Assembly (NCBI GenBank): GCA_019637795.1
Contig: JAHBUY010000002.1
Span: forward strand, 969,606 to 1,033,605
Source: a bacterium
Lineage (GTDB): Bacteria > Desulfobacterota > Binatia > HRBIN30 > CADEER01
Reading direction: 5' to 3'
Length of the DNA: 64,000 nt
In this document: positions 17,409-27,048 of the stretch, one piece after another
How positions within the stretch are numbered: the first letter of the stretch is position 1
Layout of the letters: every line of letters begins with the position of its first letter
The notes under the pieces: model-generated
Told to the model about the DNA's origin: nothing
The model's database searches: none
Seen by the model: only the letters and a program-made list of their open reading frames with translations
Made by a program: the position numbers and the translations under genes

Positions 17409-18602
17409 TTGACGCTTCGCCGCCCGCGGGCTAGCGGAGGCTCGGTGGAGATCTTCACGCTCGATGCCGACGACGTCCAGGCGCGCCTGGCCGCCGCAAC
17501 GCGGGTCGCTGACGCAGCCCGCGACGACGTGCTGGCGCGCGCCCGCGCCGCCCAGCCGCTCGAGGTCGACGACCTCGCGGTGCTGTGGACGGCGCCCTTC
17601 GACGCGGAGACGCTGTACGCCGCCGCGTGCGCGGCGCGCGCCCTTCGCCCGCGTTCGCTCGAGACCTTCGCGCCCCTCTACCTCACCAACACCTGCGACG
17701 CCGAATGCCGGATGTGCGGCATGCGCCGCGACAACGCGGCCCTGCGCCGCGAGACGGTCGACCTGCCGGCGGTCGAGGCCCAGCTCGAGATCCTGCGCCG
17801 GCGCGGCATGCACGGAGTCGCGCTGCTGACCGGCGAGTATCGCGCCGGCGGGCGCGACTGGGCGCTGGCGCACGTCAACCAGGCGCTGCGGCGCGCGACG
17901 ACGCTCGGCTTCCGCCACGTCCTGATCAACATCGGCGCCATCGACGCACACGAGTACGACGCGCTGCTCGCCGGCCTCGCCCGCCACGCCGGCGACGACG
18001 GCGGCCCGAAGCTGACGATGTGCACCTTCCAGGAGACCTACTCGCGGCCGCTGTACCGCGCCTTCATGGGCGACAGCGCGGACAACCCGCGCGCCGATTT
18101 CGAGCGCCGATTGGCGAACTTCGATCGCGCCCGCGCCGCCGGCATGCGGGTCGCCAACCCCGGCATCCTGGTCGGTCTCAATCCCGACCTCGGCTTCGAG
18201 CTGCTGGCGCTCGCGCTGCACACCCGGCACCTGCAGCGCCACGGGATGGAGGTCTACCTGTCGGTGCCGCGCCTGCGGCAGATCGCCGGCCGCGCCAACC
18301 AGCGCGGCGCCGGCGACGCGGCCTTCGTCCGCCTCGTCTCGATCCTGTCGCTCGGCCTGCCGGAGGCGAAGATCGTCCTCACGACGCGCGAGTCGGCGGA
18401 GATCCAGCGCCGCCTGGTGCCGCTGGTCGGCGTGCTCTCCGCCGGCTCGGCCGCGGTCGCGCCCTACACCAGCTCGGGCGCCCGTTTCCCGCTCGAGGCG
18501 AGCCAGTTCGAGGTCGTCGACCAGCGCCCGTTCGAAGCGATCCTCGGCGAGCACCTCCGTCCGGGCGTGCGCATCGAGAACTTCGACCCGCCGGCCGCGT
18601 AG
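17409..18602 (+). CDS. ThiH/HydG-family (tyrosine-lyase type) radical SAM enzyme
   Basis: FAPLYLTNTCDAECRMCGM matches the ThiH/HydG F-x-PLYLSN-C-xxx-C-xx-CGF motif. The downstream ALLTGEY matches ThiH LLVTGEH. The antisense 442-aa ORF is Arg/Gly-rich junk. Confidence 0.7.
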   Translation: MTLRRPRASGGSVEIFTLDADDVQARLAAATRVADAARDDVLARARAAQPLEVDDLAVLWTAPFDAETLYAAACAARALRPRSLETFAPLYLTNTCDAECRMCGMRRDNAALRRETVDLPAVEAQLEILRRRGMHGVALLTGEYRAGGRDWALAHVNQALRRATTLGFRHVLINIGAIDAHEYDALLAGLARHAGDDGGPKLTMCTFQETYSRPLYRAFMGDSADNPRADFERRLANFDRARAAGMRVANPGILVGLNPDLGFELLALALHTRHLQRHGMEVYLSVPRLRQIAGRANQRGAGDAAFVRLVSILSLGLPEAKIVLTTRESAEIQRRLVPLVGVLSAGSAAVAPYTSSGARFPLEASQFEVVDQRPFEAILGEHLRPGVRIENFDPPAA

Positions 18603-18605
18603 CGG

Positions 18606-19805
18606 TCACGGTCGATCGAGGAGCAGGGCGGTCATCGCGCCGCCGCGGGCGCTGCCGCACACCAGGGCGCGGCGGAGATCGGCGGCGGCGGCCTGGCGCG
18701 GCGCCAGGCGCAGCGCGGTGGGGATCGGCGTCTCCAGGTGGCAGAGCGGCGGGACCGCTTGCTCGCGCAGCGCCAGGCAGGCGGCGGCCGCGGTCATGGC
18801 GCCGGCGGCGCCGAAGTCGCCGATCGCGCCCTTGATCGAGGTCACGGTGGCGGCGCGGATCGCCGGCACGGCGGCGAAGAGGTCGAGCTCGCAGGCGTCG
18901 AGACGGCGCGACGAATTGGCGGCGCCGCACACCAGGTCGACCGGCGCCCCGGCGCACAGCGCCGTCAGCGGCGCGATGGCGGCCGGCGCCTGCAGCGGCC
19001 AGTCGTAGCGCGGCGCTTCGCTCGCGCAGGTCGCGGTCGCGACGATGCGGGCATAGATCGGCGCGCCGCGCCGGCGCGCCCGCTCGAGCGGCTCGAGCGC
19101 CAGCATCGCCGCCCCTTCGCCGACCACGACGCCGCTGCGCGCCGCGTCGTAGGGGCTGGCCCATTGGCGACCGCCGCGCTGGCCGGCGAGGGCGCGGGCC
19201 CGGTGCAGGACGCGCACCAGCACGGCCGCGATCTCGTCGGCGCCGCCGGCGAGCACGAGATCGGCGCGGCCGCGGCGCACCGCGTCGACGCCGAGCGCGA
19301 TGGCGGCCTCGCCGGACACCTCCGCCTGCGAGACGGTGAAATTGACGCCGCTGAAGCCGAATTCCATCGCCGCGTAGCTGGCCGGGGCGTTCAGCACCAG
19401 GTTGGGAAACGCCATCGGGCTCACCCCGGCGGGGCCCTTCTGGAACAGGCGGTCGAGTTGCTGCACCGACTCGGTCGCCGCGCCGAGAGCGGAGCCGAAG
19501 ACGATGCCGGCGCGGGCGCGATCGAGCGTCGCCAGGGCGCGCGCGTCGTCGAGCGCCATGCGGCAGGCGGCGACGGTCATGCGCGACAACGCGTCCATGC
19601 GCCGGTAGTGCGTCGAGGCGACGAGCTCGCGGGGGGAGAAGTCGCGCACCGCGGCGGCGCTCGGCGGCAGGCCGTCCGCCAGCGCCAGACCGTCGATCGG
19701 CGCGATGCCGGAGCGGCCGGCGCGCAGCGCGTTCCAGAATTGGCGCGGCCCGACGCCGATCGGACTGACGACGCCGATGCCGGTGACGGCGACGTCGTCG
19801 CTCAT
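18606..19805 (-). CDS. ketosynthase-like protein lacking the active-site Cys (KS-beta / chain-length-factor-like)
   Basis: Thiolase fold is present, but the TACSS position reads FTVSQAEVSG (Gln replaces Cys). The Met (MSDDVAV) at 19805 overlaps the stop of the upstream KS (ATGA). Confidence 0.75.
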   Translation of the reverse strand: MSDDVAVTGIGVVSPIGVGPRQFWNALRAGRSGIAPIDGLALADGLPPSAAAVRDFSPRELVASTHYRRMDALSRMTVAACRMALDDARALATLDRARAGIVFGSALGAATESVQQLDRLFQKGPAGVSPMAFPNLVLNAPASYAAMEFGFSGVNFTVSQAEVSGEAAIALGVDAVRRGRADLVLAGGADEIAAVLVRVLHRARALAGQRGGRQWASPYDAARSGVVVGEGAAMLALEPLERARRRGAPIYARIVATATCASEAPRYDWPLQAPAAIAPLTALCAGAPVDLVCGAANSSRRLDACELDLFAAVPAIRAATVTSIKGAIGDFGAAGAMTAAAACLALREQAVPPLCHLETPIPTALRLAPRQAAAADLRRALVCGSARGGAMTALLLDRP

Positions 19806-21016
19806 GGCGTCGCCTCGGGGGCGGCGCCGAGGACCACGCTCGTATTGTTGCCGCCGAAGCCGTACGAGTTCGAGAGCACGGTGCGCAGGGCCGCCGGGCG
19901 GCTGCGCGCCGGCACGTAGTCGAGATCGCACTCGGGATCCGGCTCGCGCAGGCTGACGGTCGGCGGAAGGAAACCGCCGCGCAGCGCCAGCAGCGCCGCC
20001 AGCGCCTCGATGGCGCCGGCGGCGGCGAGGCAGTGTCCGACCTGCGACTTGGTCGACGACACCGGCACCGCATAGGCGCGCGGTCCGAGCACCGCCTTGA
20101 TGGCGCGCGTCTCGACGGCGTCGTTCAGGGGCGTCCCGGTGCCGTGCGCGTTGACGTAGTCGATGCGGTCGGCGTCGACGCCGGCATCGGCGAGGGCGCG
20201 CCGCATCGCCAGGATGGCGCCGGCGCCGTCGGGGCGCGGCTGGGTGAGATGGTGCGCGTCGGCGCTGACCCCGTAGCCGAGGAGCTCGCCGAGGATCGGC
20301 GCGCCGCGGCGCGCGGCGGCCTCCCACGCCTCGAGCACGAACAGGGCCGCCCCTTCGCCCAGGGTCAGGCCGGCGCGGGCGCGATCGAACGGCCGGCAGG
20401 GGACGCGATCGAGGGCCTGCAGGACGTTGAACCCCGAGTAGGTCATGCGGCACAGCGACTCGGCGCCGCCGCACAGCACCGCGGTCGCCTGGCCGCCGCG
20501 GATCCAGTCGGCGGCGATGCCGAGGGCGTTGGCGCCGGAGGAGCACGCGGTGGACACCGTGACGCGCGGGCCGCGGCTGCCGATCAACGCCGCGACGGCG
20601 TCGGTGGCGACCGCGATCGGCGTCTCGAGCCAATCGCGCAGCGGCGCCCGCGCTCCCGTGCCGGCGCCTTCGATGCGGTAGCTCTCCTCGCCGCCGGCGA
20701 GCCCGCCGGTGGTGGTGCCGAGCACCACGCCGCAGGTCCGGCCGTCGTCGAGCCCGCTGCCCCGCCAGGCCTCCGCGGCGGCGACCACGGCGAGCCGCGC
20801 CGTGTGCGAGAGCCGCCGCGCCGCGCCGCTCGGAATGGCCTCCGGCAGCGGCGGCGGCGGCGCTTCCGCGGCGCAGGCCGTGCGGTAGCCCGCGGCGGCG
20901 AAGCGGGTCAGCGCGCCGATGCCGCACCGGCCCTCGCGCAGGCCGGACGCGAAGGCCTCGACCCCGACGCCGAGGGCGTTGATGCTGCCGATGCCGGTGA
21001 TCGCGACCCGGGTCAT
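19802..21016 (-). CDS. beta-ketoacyl synthase (KS-alpha / FabF-like, active)
   Basis: Active-site Cys (VSTACSS), His (NAHGTGT) and His (KSQVGHCL) motifs are present. Confidence 0.85.
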   Translation of the reverse strand: MTRVAITGIGSINALGVGVEAFASGLREGRCGIGALTRFAAAGYRTACAAEAPPPPLPEAIPSGAARRLSHTARLAVVAAAEAWRGSGLDDGRTCGVVLGTTTGGLAGGEESYRIEGAGTGARAPLRDWLETPIAVATDAVAALIGSRGPRVTVSTACSSGANALGIAADWIRGGQATAVLCGGAESLCRMTYSGFNVLQALDRVPCRPFDRARAGLTLGEGAALFVLEAWEAAARRGAPILGELLGYGVSADAHHLTQPRPDGAGAILAMRRALADAGVDADRIDYVNAHGTGTPLNDAVETRAIKAVLGPRAYAVPVSSTKSQVGHCLAAAGAIEALAALLALRGGFLPPTVSLREPDPECDLDYVPARSRPAALRTVLSNSYGFGGNNTSVVLGAAPEATP

Positions 21017-21169
21017 CTCATCGCCTGGAGGTGGAGCGCGCCTGGACGCCCGGGTGACCGGTCGCGCAGGCGCGGGAGATCTCGCGCAGCCATCGCATCG
21101 ACGGAGGCGAAGTATGACAGAGCGAGCGGACGACGCCAGCGGCGCGGCGGCTGCCCCGCGGCCGCGATC

Positions 21170-21943
21170 TCACGCCATGGTCAGGCCGCCGTCGACGGCG
21201 AGGGTGGCGCCGGTGACGTAGGCGGCGGCCGGCGAGGCGAGGAAGCGGATCGCCTGCGCCACCTCGTCCGGCTGGCCGACGCGGCCGAGCGGGACGTGGC
21301 CGAGGTGGCGCTGGCGCAGCGGCGCCGGCATGTCGGCGATCAGACGGGTGTCGACCAGACCGGGGCAGACGGCGTTGACGGTGATGGCATAGCGCCCGAC
21401 CTCGCGCGCCAGCGACTTGGTGAAGCTGAGCAGCCCGCCCTTGGCGGCGGCGTAGTTGGCCGCGCCCTCCTGGCCGAGCAGCGCCGCCGGCGAGACGACG
21501 TTGATGATCCGCCCCCAGCGCCGCTTGATCATCGGCCGCAACGCCTGCCGGGCGCACAGGAAGGCGCCGCGCAGGTTGACGGCCAGCACCTCGTCCCACT
21601 GGGCGGGGCTGAGCAGCATGGCGAGGCCGTCGCGCGTCACCGCGGCGTTGTTGACCAGGATGTCGACGCCGTCCCAGCGTTTGCGCAGGTGGGCGAACAT
21701 CGCCTCGACCTGCGCCGCGTCGGCGACGTCCGCCTGCACCACCTCGACCTCGCCGCCGTGCGCGCGCAGCCCCTCCGCGGTCTCCTCCGCCTCCAGCGCC
21801 GAGCGCGCGTAGTTGACGGCCACCGCGGCGCCCGCCGCCGCCAGCACCTCGGCGGTGGCGCGGCCGATGCCGCGCGAGGCGCCGGTGACCAGGGCGCGCC
21901 GGCCGTCGAGGCGCCAGGGATCGTTCAGCGCAGCAGGCGCCAC
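21170..21943 (-). CDS. 3-oxoacyl-ACP reductase (FabG-like SDR)
   Basis: Rossmann [12 protein letters not shown], and the YAAAK catalytic motif (NYAAAKGG). A GTG start at 21943 was inferred, giving a 19-nt overlap with the upstream rSAM gene. The rest of the 723-aa ORF overlaps that rSAM out of frame. Confidence 0.75.
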   Translation of the reverse strand: MAPAALNDPWRLDGRRALVTGASRGIGRATAEVLAAAGAAVAVNYARSALEAEETAEGLRAHGGEVEVVQADVADAAQVEAMFAHLRKRWDGVDILVNNAAVTRDGLAMLLSPAQWDEVLAVNLRGAFLCARQALRPMIKRRWGRIINVVSPAALLGQEGAANYAAAKGGLLSFTKSLAREVGRYAITVNAVCPGLVDTRLIADMPAPLRQRHLGHVPLGRVGQPDEVAQAIRFLASPAAAYVTGATLAVDGGLTMA

Positions 21944-23298
21944 AACTGGCCCTTGATGCGGCGGTCGCGCAGGCGGCGCAGCACGGCGATGTTGGTCTTG
22001 ATGCCGAGCCCCGGCACGATCCAGTTCGGCTGCTGGCGGGCATAGGCGTCGATGCGATCGATGAGCGCGTCGCCGAGCCCCGGCGCGACGTAGAAGCGGG
22101 GCTCGATCAACGGGTCGTCGGCGTCGATGAGGCCGTCGCGCAGCGCGATCTCGACCATGCCGGTGCCGGGCAGGATGCGGATGCCGGTCATCGCGATCAC
22201 CGCCGTCGGCCGCAGCTCCTCCATCAGGGCGATGGTCTGGTCGATGCTCTCCGCGGTCTCGCCGGGGCCGCCGAAGATCAGGCTGTGGCAGAACTTGAGC
22301 CCGTGCGCCGCGAACAGCGCCGAGGTGCGGCGCAGATCGTCGAGGGCGAACTCCTTGCGCAGGTTGGCGATCAGGGTCGGCGCTCCGGAATCGGTGCCGA
22401 GCTCGATGGCGCGGCAGCCGGAGCGGGCCATCAGGTCGCACAGCTCGGCGTCGACGAACTTGGGGTTCAGGTAGGCGGACCACTCGATGTCGAGGTCGCG
22501 GGCGATGAGCTCGCGGCAGATCGCCTTGGCGTGGCGCAGCGGCAGATTGAAGATGTTGTCGACGAAGAACCAGTGGCGCGCCCCGGTCTCGCGCCGCGCC
22601 GCCTCGATCTCGTCCACCACCGCCGCCGGGCTGCGCACGCGCACGGTCGCGCCTTCGATCAGCGGATAGCTGCAGAACACGCACTCGAAGACGCAGCCGC
22701 GCTTGGTCTGGATGTTCAGCGCGCCCCCGCGCTCGTAGTAGCGGTGCCAGTCGAAGGCGGCGCGGCGCGGCGCGCCGGCGTCGTCGAGACGGCGGATGCG
22801 ACCGGTCGGGGTGACGCAGACGCCGCGGCCCGCGGGCTCGCAACGCATCGCCGCCGTCGAGCGCAGCGACGCGCCGGCGGCCAGGCGCTCGAGCACCCAG
22901 GGGAAGGCGAGCTCGCCCTCGCCGACCACGCCGACCTCGGCGTCGAGCCAGCGCATCAGCGTGCCCGGCATCACCGTGAAGCCGGCGCCGCCGAGCACGA
23001 TCGGCGCCGGCGTCGCGGCGCGCACGGTCTCGATCAGGGCGCGGTAGTCGGGCACGTAGGAGGTGGTCTGCGGATAGGCCGACGAATCGAGGTTGCGCAG
23101 CGAGATGCCGACCGCGTCGGGCGCGAAGTCGCGCACCTGCGCCGTCAGCGCCGCCCGCGGATCGCCGGCGAAGCAGCAGTCGAACGTGGCCACCGTGTGG
23201 CCGTGCTGCTCGGCGACCGTCGCCATGTAGGCGGCGCCGAGCGGATACACCGGATCGGGGAGGTGTTCCGTGTTGGCGGAGATGAGCAGAACGCGCAT
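21925..23298 (-). CDS. B12-binding (class B) radical SAM enzyme
   Basis: The ATG ([12 protein letters not shown]) at 23298 was verified. Cobalamin-binding-like N-terminal domain and a CVFECVFC cluster. Confidence 0.8.
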   Translation of the reverse strand: MRVLLISANTEHLPDPVYPLGAAYMATVAEQHGHTVATFDCCFAGDPRAALTAQVRDFAPDAVGISLRNLDSSAYPQTTSYVPDYRALIETVRAATPAPIVLGGAGFTVMPGTLMRWLDAEVGVVGEGELAFPWVLERLAAGASLRSTAAMRCEPAGRGVCVTPTGRIRRLDDAGAPRRAAFDWHRYYERGGALNIQTKRGCVFECVFCSYPLIEGATVRVRSPAAVVDEIEAARRETGARHWFFVDNIFNLPLRHAKAICRELIARDLDIEWSAYLNPKFVDAELCDLMARSGCRAIELGTDSGAPTLIANLRKEFALDDLRRTSALFAAHGLKFCHSLIFGGPGETAESIDQTIALMEELRPTAVIAMTGIRILPGTGMVEIALRDGLIDADDPLIEPRFYVAPGLGDALIDRIDAYARQQPNWIVPGLGIKTNIAVLRRLRDRRIKGQLWRLLR

Positions 23299-23414
23299 GG
23301 GAAGCCGCCGCGCGGGGGGCGCGACGGCATCCCGCTAGCACAGGGGTGGCGGTGGGTCACGGTTCGAACGGGCCGCTCGGGCGGCGACGCCGCCCGCCGC
23401 CGCCGCGCCACGGT

Positions 23415-24230
23415 TCAGAACCGGGCTTGCAGCGCCAGGCCCTGGCCGGTGGGGAGCGGGCCGATCCCCCAGCGAACCTGGGGATCGGGTCGAATGCCGC
23501 CGCTGTCGACCTGCTCGCGGTACGCCTGCCAACTGTTCAGCGGCTCCCACGGCGTGAGCAGGATCTGCGCCTCGCCGACCGCGGTGTTGAGGAAGAACAG
23601 CAGCGCCGCGTCGCCGAGATCGTCGCGCGCCACCAGCACCGAGGCGGCGCTGGCGTTGAGGACGACGTTGCCGGTGTGGAGCAGCCAGCCGGTGCGCTGC
23701 TCGGCGCGACCGGCGGCGCGGTAGAGGATCTCCTCGCCGGCGGCCAACTGGGCGGCGCGGTCCTCGTGCGTCGCCGACGGCATCGCCGCCAGCGGATCCG
23801 AGCCGCTGCGTCCGGGCAGCGGATCGAGCAGCAGGTAGGTGGTGCCGATGAGCCCGAGGCTGCTGTTGAGGATGTCGTAGACCTGCTTGTCGTCGTTGCT
23901 CTCGACCGCCGCCGTCGCCGCGCCCGCCGCCATGCCGGCGGCGTTGACGGCGAGGAAGCCGTAGTACCACAGCGACGCGTGCAGCTCGTTGTCGTCGAGC
24001 GAGCGGGTGACGAACGTCAGCCGGTCGAGGATCTCCCGATCGCTGAGTTGCGCCGCCTCCTCGGCGGTCAACGGCTTCTTCCCGGGGACGCCGGGATCGA
24101 GCGCCTTGCGCGCCAGCTCGGCGGCACCGTGGTAGACGGCGCAGCCCTGCACGGCGGCCAGCGCCGCCGCGACGGCGATCAGGCGGAGCAGCCGACGCGC
24201 GACCTCGACCCGCGACCTGCTGGTGGTCAT
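23415..24230 (-). CDS. lipoprotein of unknown function
   Basis: Met at 24230 was verified. Signal peptide with lipobox (LAAVQGCA). Confidence 0.5.
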   Translation of the reverse strand: MTTSRSRVEVARRLLRLIAVAAALAAVQGCAVYHGAAELARKALDPGVPGKKPLTAEEAAQLSDREILDRLTFVTRSLDDNELHASLWYYGFLAVNAAGMAAGAATAAVESNDDKQVYDILNSSLGLIGTTYLLLDPLPGRSGSDPLAAMPSATHEDRAAQLAAGEEILYRAAGRAEQRTGWLLHTGNVVLNASAASVLVARDDLGDAALLFFLNTAVGEAQILLTPWEPLNSWQAYREQVDSGGIRPDPQVRWGIGPLPTGQGLALQARF

Positions 24231-24261
24231 CCTCACTCCTCCGCTTCCGGCGGATGCCGGT

Positions 24262-25503
24262 TCAGATTCGCCCCGCCGCGCCACCCGCGGCTCCTGGCGA
24301 TCTCGTATCACGGCCGATGAGCGCCGCGAGATTGTCGCGCATGATCTTGCGGACCTCGAGCGGCGACATCCCGGGCAGCTCGTCGGCGAGCTCGGCCGGC
24401 CACAGGAGTCCCTCGGGATGGGGATAGTCGGAGCCGCCGAGCACGTGGTCGGCGCCGATCAGCCGCGCCAGCGCCGGGATGTCGTCCTCGAAGAAGGGCG
24501 CCACCCACACGTTGCGCCGGAAGGTGTCGCTCGGCCGCTCCGGCGGCACGCCGAAGCGCCACATGTCCTTGCTGTAGAGGCGCGCCAGGTGATCGAGCTT
24601 GTGCAGCAGCGGCGCCACCCAGCCCGAGCCGTACTCGATGCTCAGCACCCGCAGGCCCGGGAAGCGGCCGAAGAGGTTGTCGGCGATCAGCGCCGTGATG
24701 GTATCGACGACCGGCCGCTCGGTGAACGACAGCGCCCACTCCATCAGGGTGTGGCGGTGCGACGGCGGGTGCGGGCGCAGGCCCCAGGGCGGGTTGTACA
24801 TCTCGCTGAAGGGGGTGCGGCCGATGTGGTAGACGATGTTGAGCGACGCCTCCTGGCAGCGCGCCCAGAAGGGATCGAAGTGGGGATCCGCCGGCGAGCG
24901 GCCGGCGAAGGGCCCGGCGGTCAGGATGGCGAAGCGCGCGCCGCGCGCCAGCAGGCGGTCGAGCTCGGCGACCGCCTGGTCGCGGTCGAACAGCGACAGC
25001 AGCGGCGCGCCGAACACGCGGCCGTCGCCCCCGTAGCCCCAATCCTCCTCCAGCCAGCGGTTGAAGGCGCGCAGGCTCGGGTACAGCACCTCCGGCGTCT
25101 CGCGCAGTTGCGGCTCGACGCCGACGCCGGCGGTGGGTAGCAGCAGGGCGGCCTCGACGCGCTGCGCGTCCATCCGCGCCAGGCGGGCCGCGCGGTCGGT
25201 GAACTCCGGCACGGCGAGGGCGTCGATCGGCTGCAGGCTCGGGCTGCCGCCCTCCTCGGTCTCGCCGCGCAGGAACGCCTTCATGATGCCGGGGGCGCCG
25301 ACGCTGTCGCCGGCGCCGACGCTGAAGAACTGGCAGCGTTCGCGGCCGACGTACATTCTGCCCGGGCGGGTGGTGCCGTCGGGCCCGCGGTCGATCCACA
25401 CCGTCCGTTCCCGCCACGCCGCCTCGATGTGCCGGGTGAAGCAGTCGTCCGGCTCGTAGTAATGGGTGTCGGCGTCGAAGAGCGCGTAGTCGAGCGCGGC
25501 CAT
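24262..25503 (-). CDS. amidohydrolase-2 family metal-dependent hydrolase (ACMSD-like)
   Basis: Met (MAALDYALFDADTHYYEP) at 25503 was verified. Amidohydro_2 motifs (DxHxH-like DADTHY, HIG, GSDYPH). Confidence 0.7.
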   Translation of the reverse strand: MAALDYALFDADTHYYEPDDCFTRHIEAAWRERTVWIDRGPDGTTRPGRMYVGRERCQFFSVGAGDSVGAPGIMKAFLRGETEEGGSPSLQPIDALAVPEFTDRAARLARMDAQRVEAALLLPTAGVGVEPQLRETPEVLYPSLRAFNRWLEEDWGYGGDGRVFGAPLLSLFDRDQAVAELDRLLARGARFAILTAGPFAGRSPADPHFDPFWARCQEASLNIVYHIGRTPFSEMYNPPWGLRPHPPSHRHTLMEWALSFTERPVVDTITALIADNLFGRFPGLRVLSIEYGSGWVAPLLHKLDHLARLYSKDMWRFGVPPERPSDTFRRNVWVAPFFEDDIPALARLIGADHVLGGSDYPHPEGLLWPAELADELPGMSPLEVRKIMRDNLAALIGRDTRSPGAAGGAAGRI

Positions 25504-25508
25504 GGCGG

Positions 25509-25850
25509 TCACTTCACCTTCGTCCCGGGCGCGAAGCGCCGGCCGGGCGCGAGGACGCTGAGCCCGGCCGCGTCGCTGGCGGCGAGCAGCATGCCCTGCG
25601 ACTCGACGCCGCGCAGCACCGCCGGCTTGAGGTTGGCGACCACCACCACCTGCTGGCCGACCAGGAAGCGGTGATCGTAGGCGGCGCGGATGCCCGCCAC
25701 GAGCTGGCGCGGCCGCGCTTCGCCGAGGTCGACGGTGAGCACCAGCAGGCGATCCGCCTTGGGGTGCGGCTCGGCGCTGCGGATGGTGCCGACGCGGAGG
25801 TCGACGCGGGCGAAGTCGTCGATGGAAATCTGCTCGGTCTCGTCGCTCAT
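25509..25850 (-). CDS. tRNA-binding domain protein (CsaA/Trbp111-like)
   Basis: MSDETEQISIDDFARVDLRVGTIRSAEPHPKADRLLVLTVDLGE matches the EMAP/CsaA tRNA-binding fold. Start is placed by frame arithmetic; the reading of the printed sequence disagreed by 1 nt here. Confidence 0.65.
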   Translation of the reverse strand: MSDETEQISIDDFARVDLRVGTIRSAEPHPKADRLLVLTVDLGEARPRQLVAGIRAAYDHRFLVGQQVVVVANLKPAVLRGVESQGMLLAASDAAGLSVLAPGRRFAPGTKVK

Positions 25851-26388
25851 GGAGCCTCCGGGTGGCCGCTCTCGAGCTCCTGGATCTTGCGCTCGAGGGA
25901 GCGGACGCGGTCGCGCAGCTCCTCGACCTCGCCATTCGGCGTCGCCGTCGCCGCCGCACCGACGCTCGGCGGCGGCGCGGCGGTCGGGGTGTCGGGCGCA
26001 TCGAGCAGCGCGATCGCGTCCGGGGTGAGGAGGATCATCTCGCTGTGATCGCGCCACCGGTCGACCGGACCGGTGGCGACGATGGTATGGCCGACGTAGC
26101 TCGGCCAGGTGACCAGCCAGCCGCGCATCAACGTGAGGTAGACGTCGCGGCGCTCGCGGTCGAAGTAGAGGCGGTAGAAGGCGCCGCCGTCCTCCTGTGC
26201 CACGACGCGGCCGCGCAGCGAGCAGACGCGGTCGACGCAGGTGGCGGCGTCGGTCCAGTCGACGGCCTCGTCGGCACGCGCCGCCGGCGCGGCGACGAGC
26301 AGCAGCAGGAGGAGGACACCCGGCACGCTGCTGGCCTATCGCGGATCCAGCGCTGATGCCACGCGCTGGCGCGCCGCCCCCGGCCAGC

Positions 26389-27048
26389 TCACGCCGCGAT
26401 CAGCCGGTCGAAGGCGTCGGCCGCCAGGTCGGTGAGCGCCGCGACCACGACGTCGGCCGCCAACGCCGCATGCGTCGACAGCACGCCGATGGTGGGCATG
26501 CCCGCGCGGCGGCCGGCCTCGATGCCCGGCGGCGCGTCCTCGAGGACGACGCAGCGCGCCGGGGCGACGTCGAGCCGGGCCGCGGCGACGAGGAAGACCT
26601 CGGGGTGGGGCTTGCCGTGGGTGACGTCCTCGGCGGCGGCGACGGCGGCGAAGGCGCCGTCCAGCGCGAGGGCGGCGATGATCGTCTCGGCGTTGGCGCG
26701 CGGCCCGGAGCTGGCGATCGCCTGCCGCCAGCCGACGGCGGCGAGACGGCGCACCCAGTCGAGCGCGCCGGCCAACGGCTGGATGCCGTGCGCGGCGACC
26801 AGGGCGCGGTAGCGCGCTTCCTTCTCGTCGCCGATGCGGGCGATGTCGGCATCGCCGATCGCCGGATCGAGCAGGCGGCGGAGGATGGCGTCGTTGCGCT
26901 GCCCGAAGGTGGCGTCGAACTCGGCGCGGGTGAGGCTCCGGCCGTGCTCCCGCATCGTCTCGCGCCAGGCGAGGAAGTGGAGATCGCCGGAATCGACCAG
27001 CGTGCCGTCCATGTCCCAGAGGACGGCGCGCGGCGGGATGCGGGTCAC
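26389..27048 (-). CDS. HAD-superfamily hydrolase (beta-phosphoglucomutase-like subfamily IA)
   Basis: HAD motif I (VLWDMDGTLVDS), motif II (S/T) and motif III/IV (GKPHPE...EDAPPGIEA). The GTG start at 27048 overlaps the substrate-binding-protein stop (GTGA). Confidence 0.7.
   Translation of the reverse strand: MTRIPPRAVLWDMDGTLVDSGDLHFLAWRETMREHGRSLTRAEFDATFGQRNDAILRRLLDPAIGDADIARIGDEKEARYRALVAAHGIQPLAGALDWVRRLAAVGWRQAIASSGPRANAETIIAALALDGAFAAVAAAEDVTHGKPHPEVFLVAAARLDVAPARCVVLEDAPPGIEAGRRAGMPTIGVLSTHAALAADVVVAALTDLAADAFDRLIAA

Noticed and set aside
17226-18554. 442-aa minus-strand ORF antisense to the ThiH-like rSAM
   Set aside because: RAGD-rich repetitive translation with no motifs. The plus-strand ORF carries the CxxxCxxC motif and ThiH family signatures.
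21170-23341. 723-aa ORF apparently fusing FabG to upstream sequence
   Set aside because: Only the C-terminal 257 codons are FabG. Upstream, the frame overlaps the verified B12-rSAM gene (21925-23298) in another frame and is Arg/Gly-rich.
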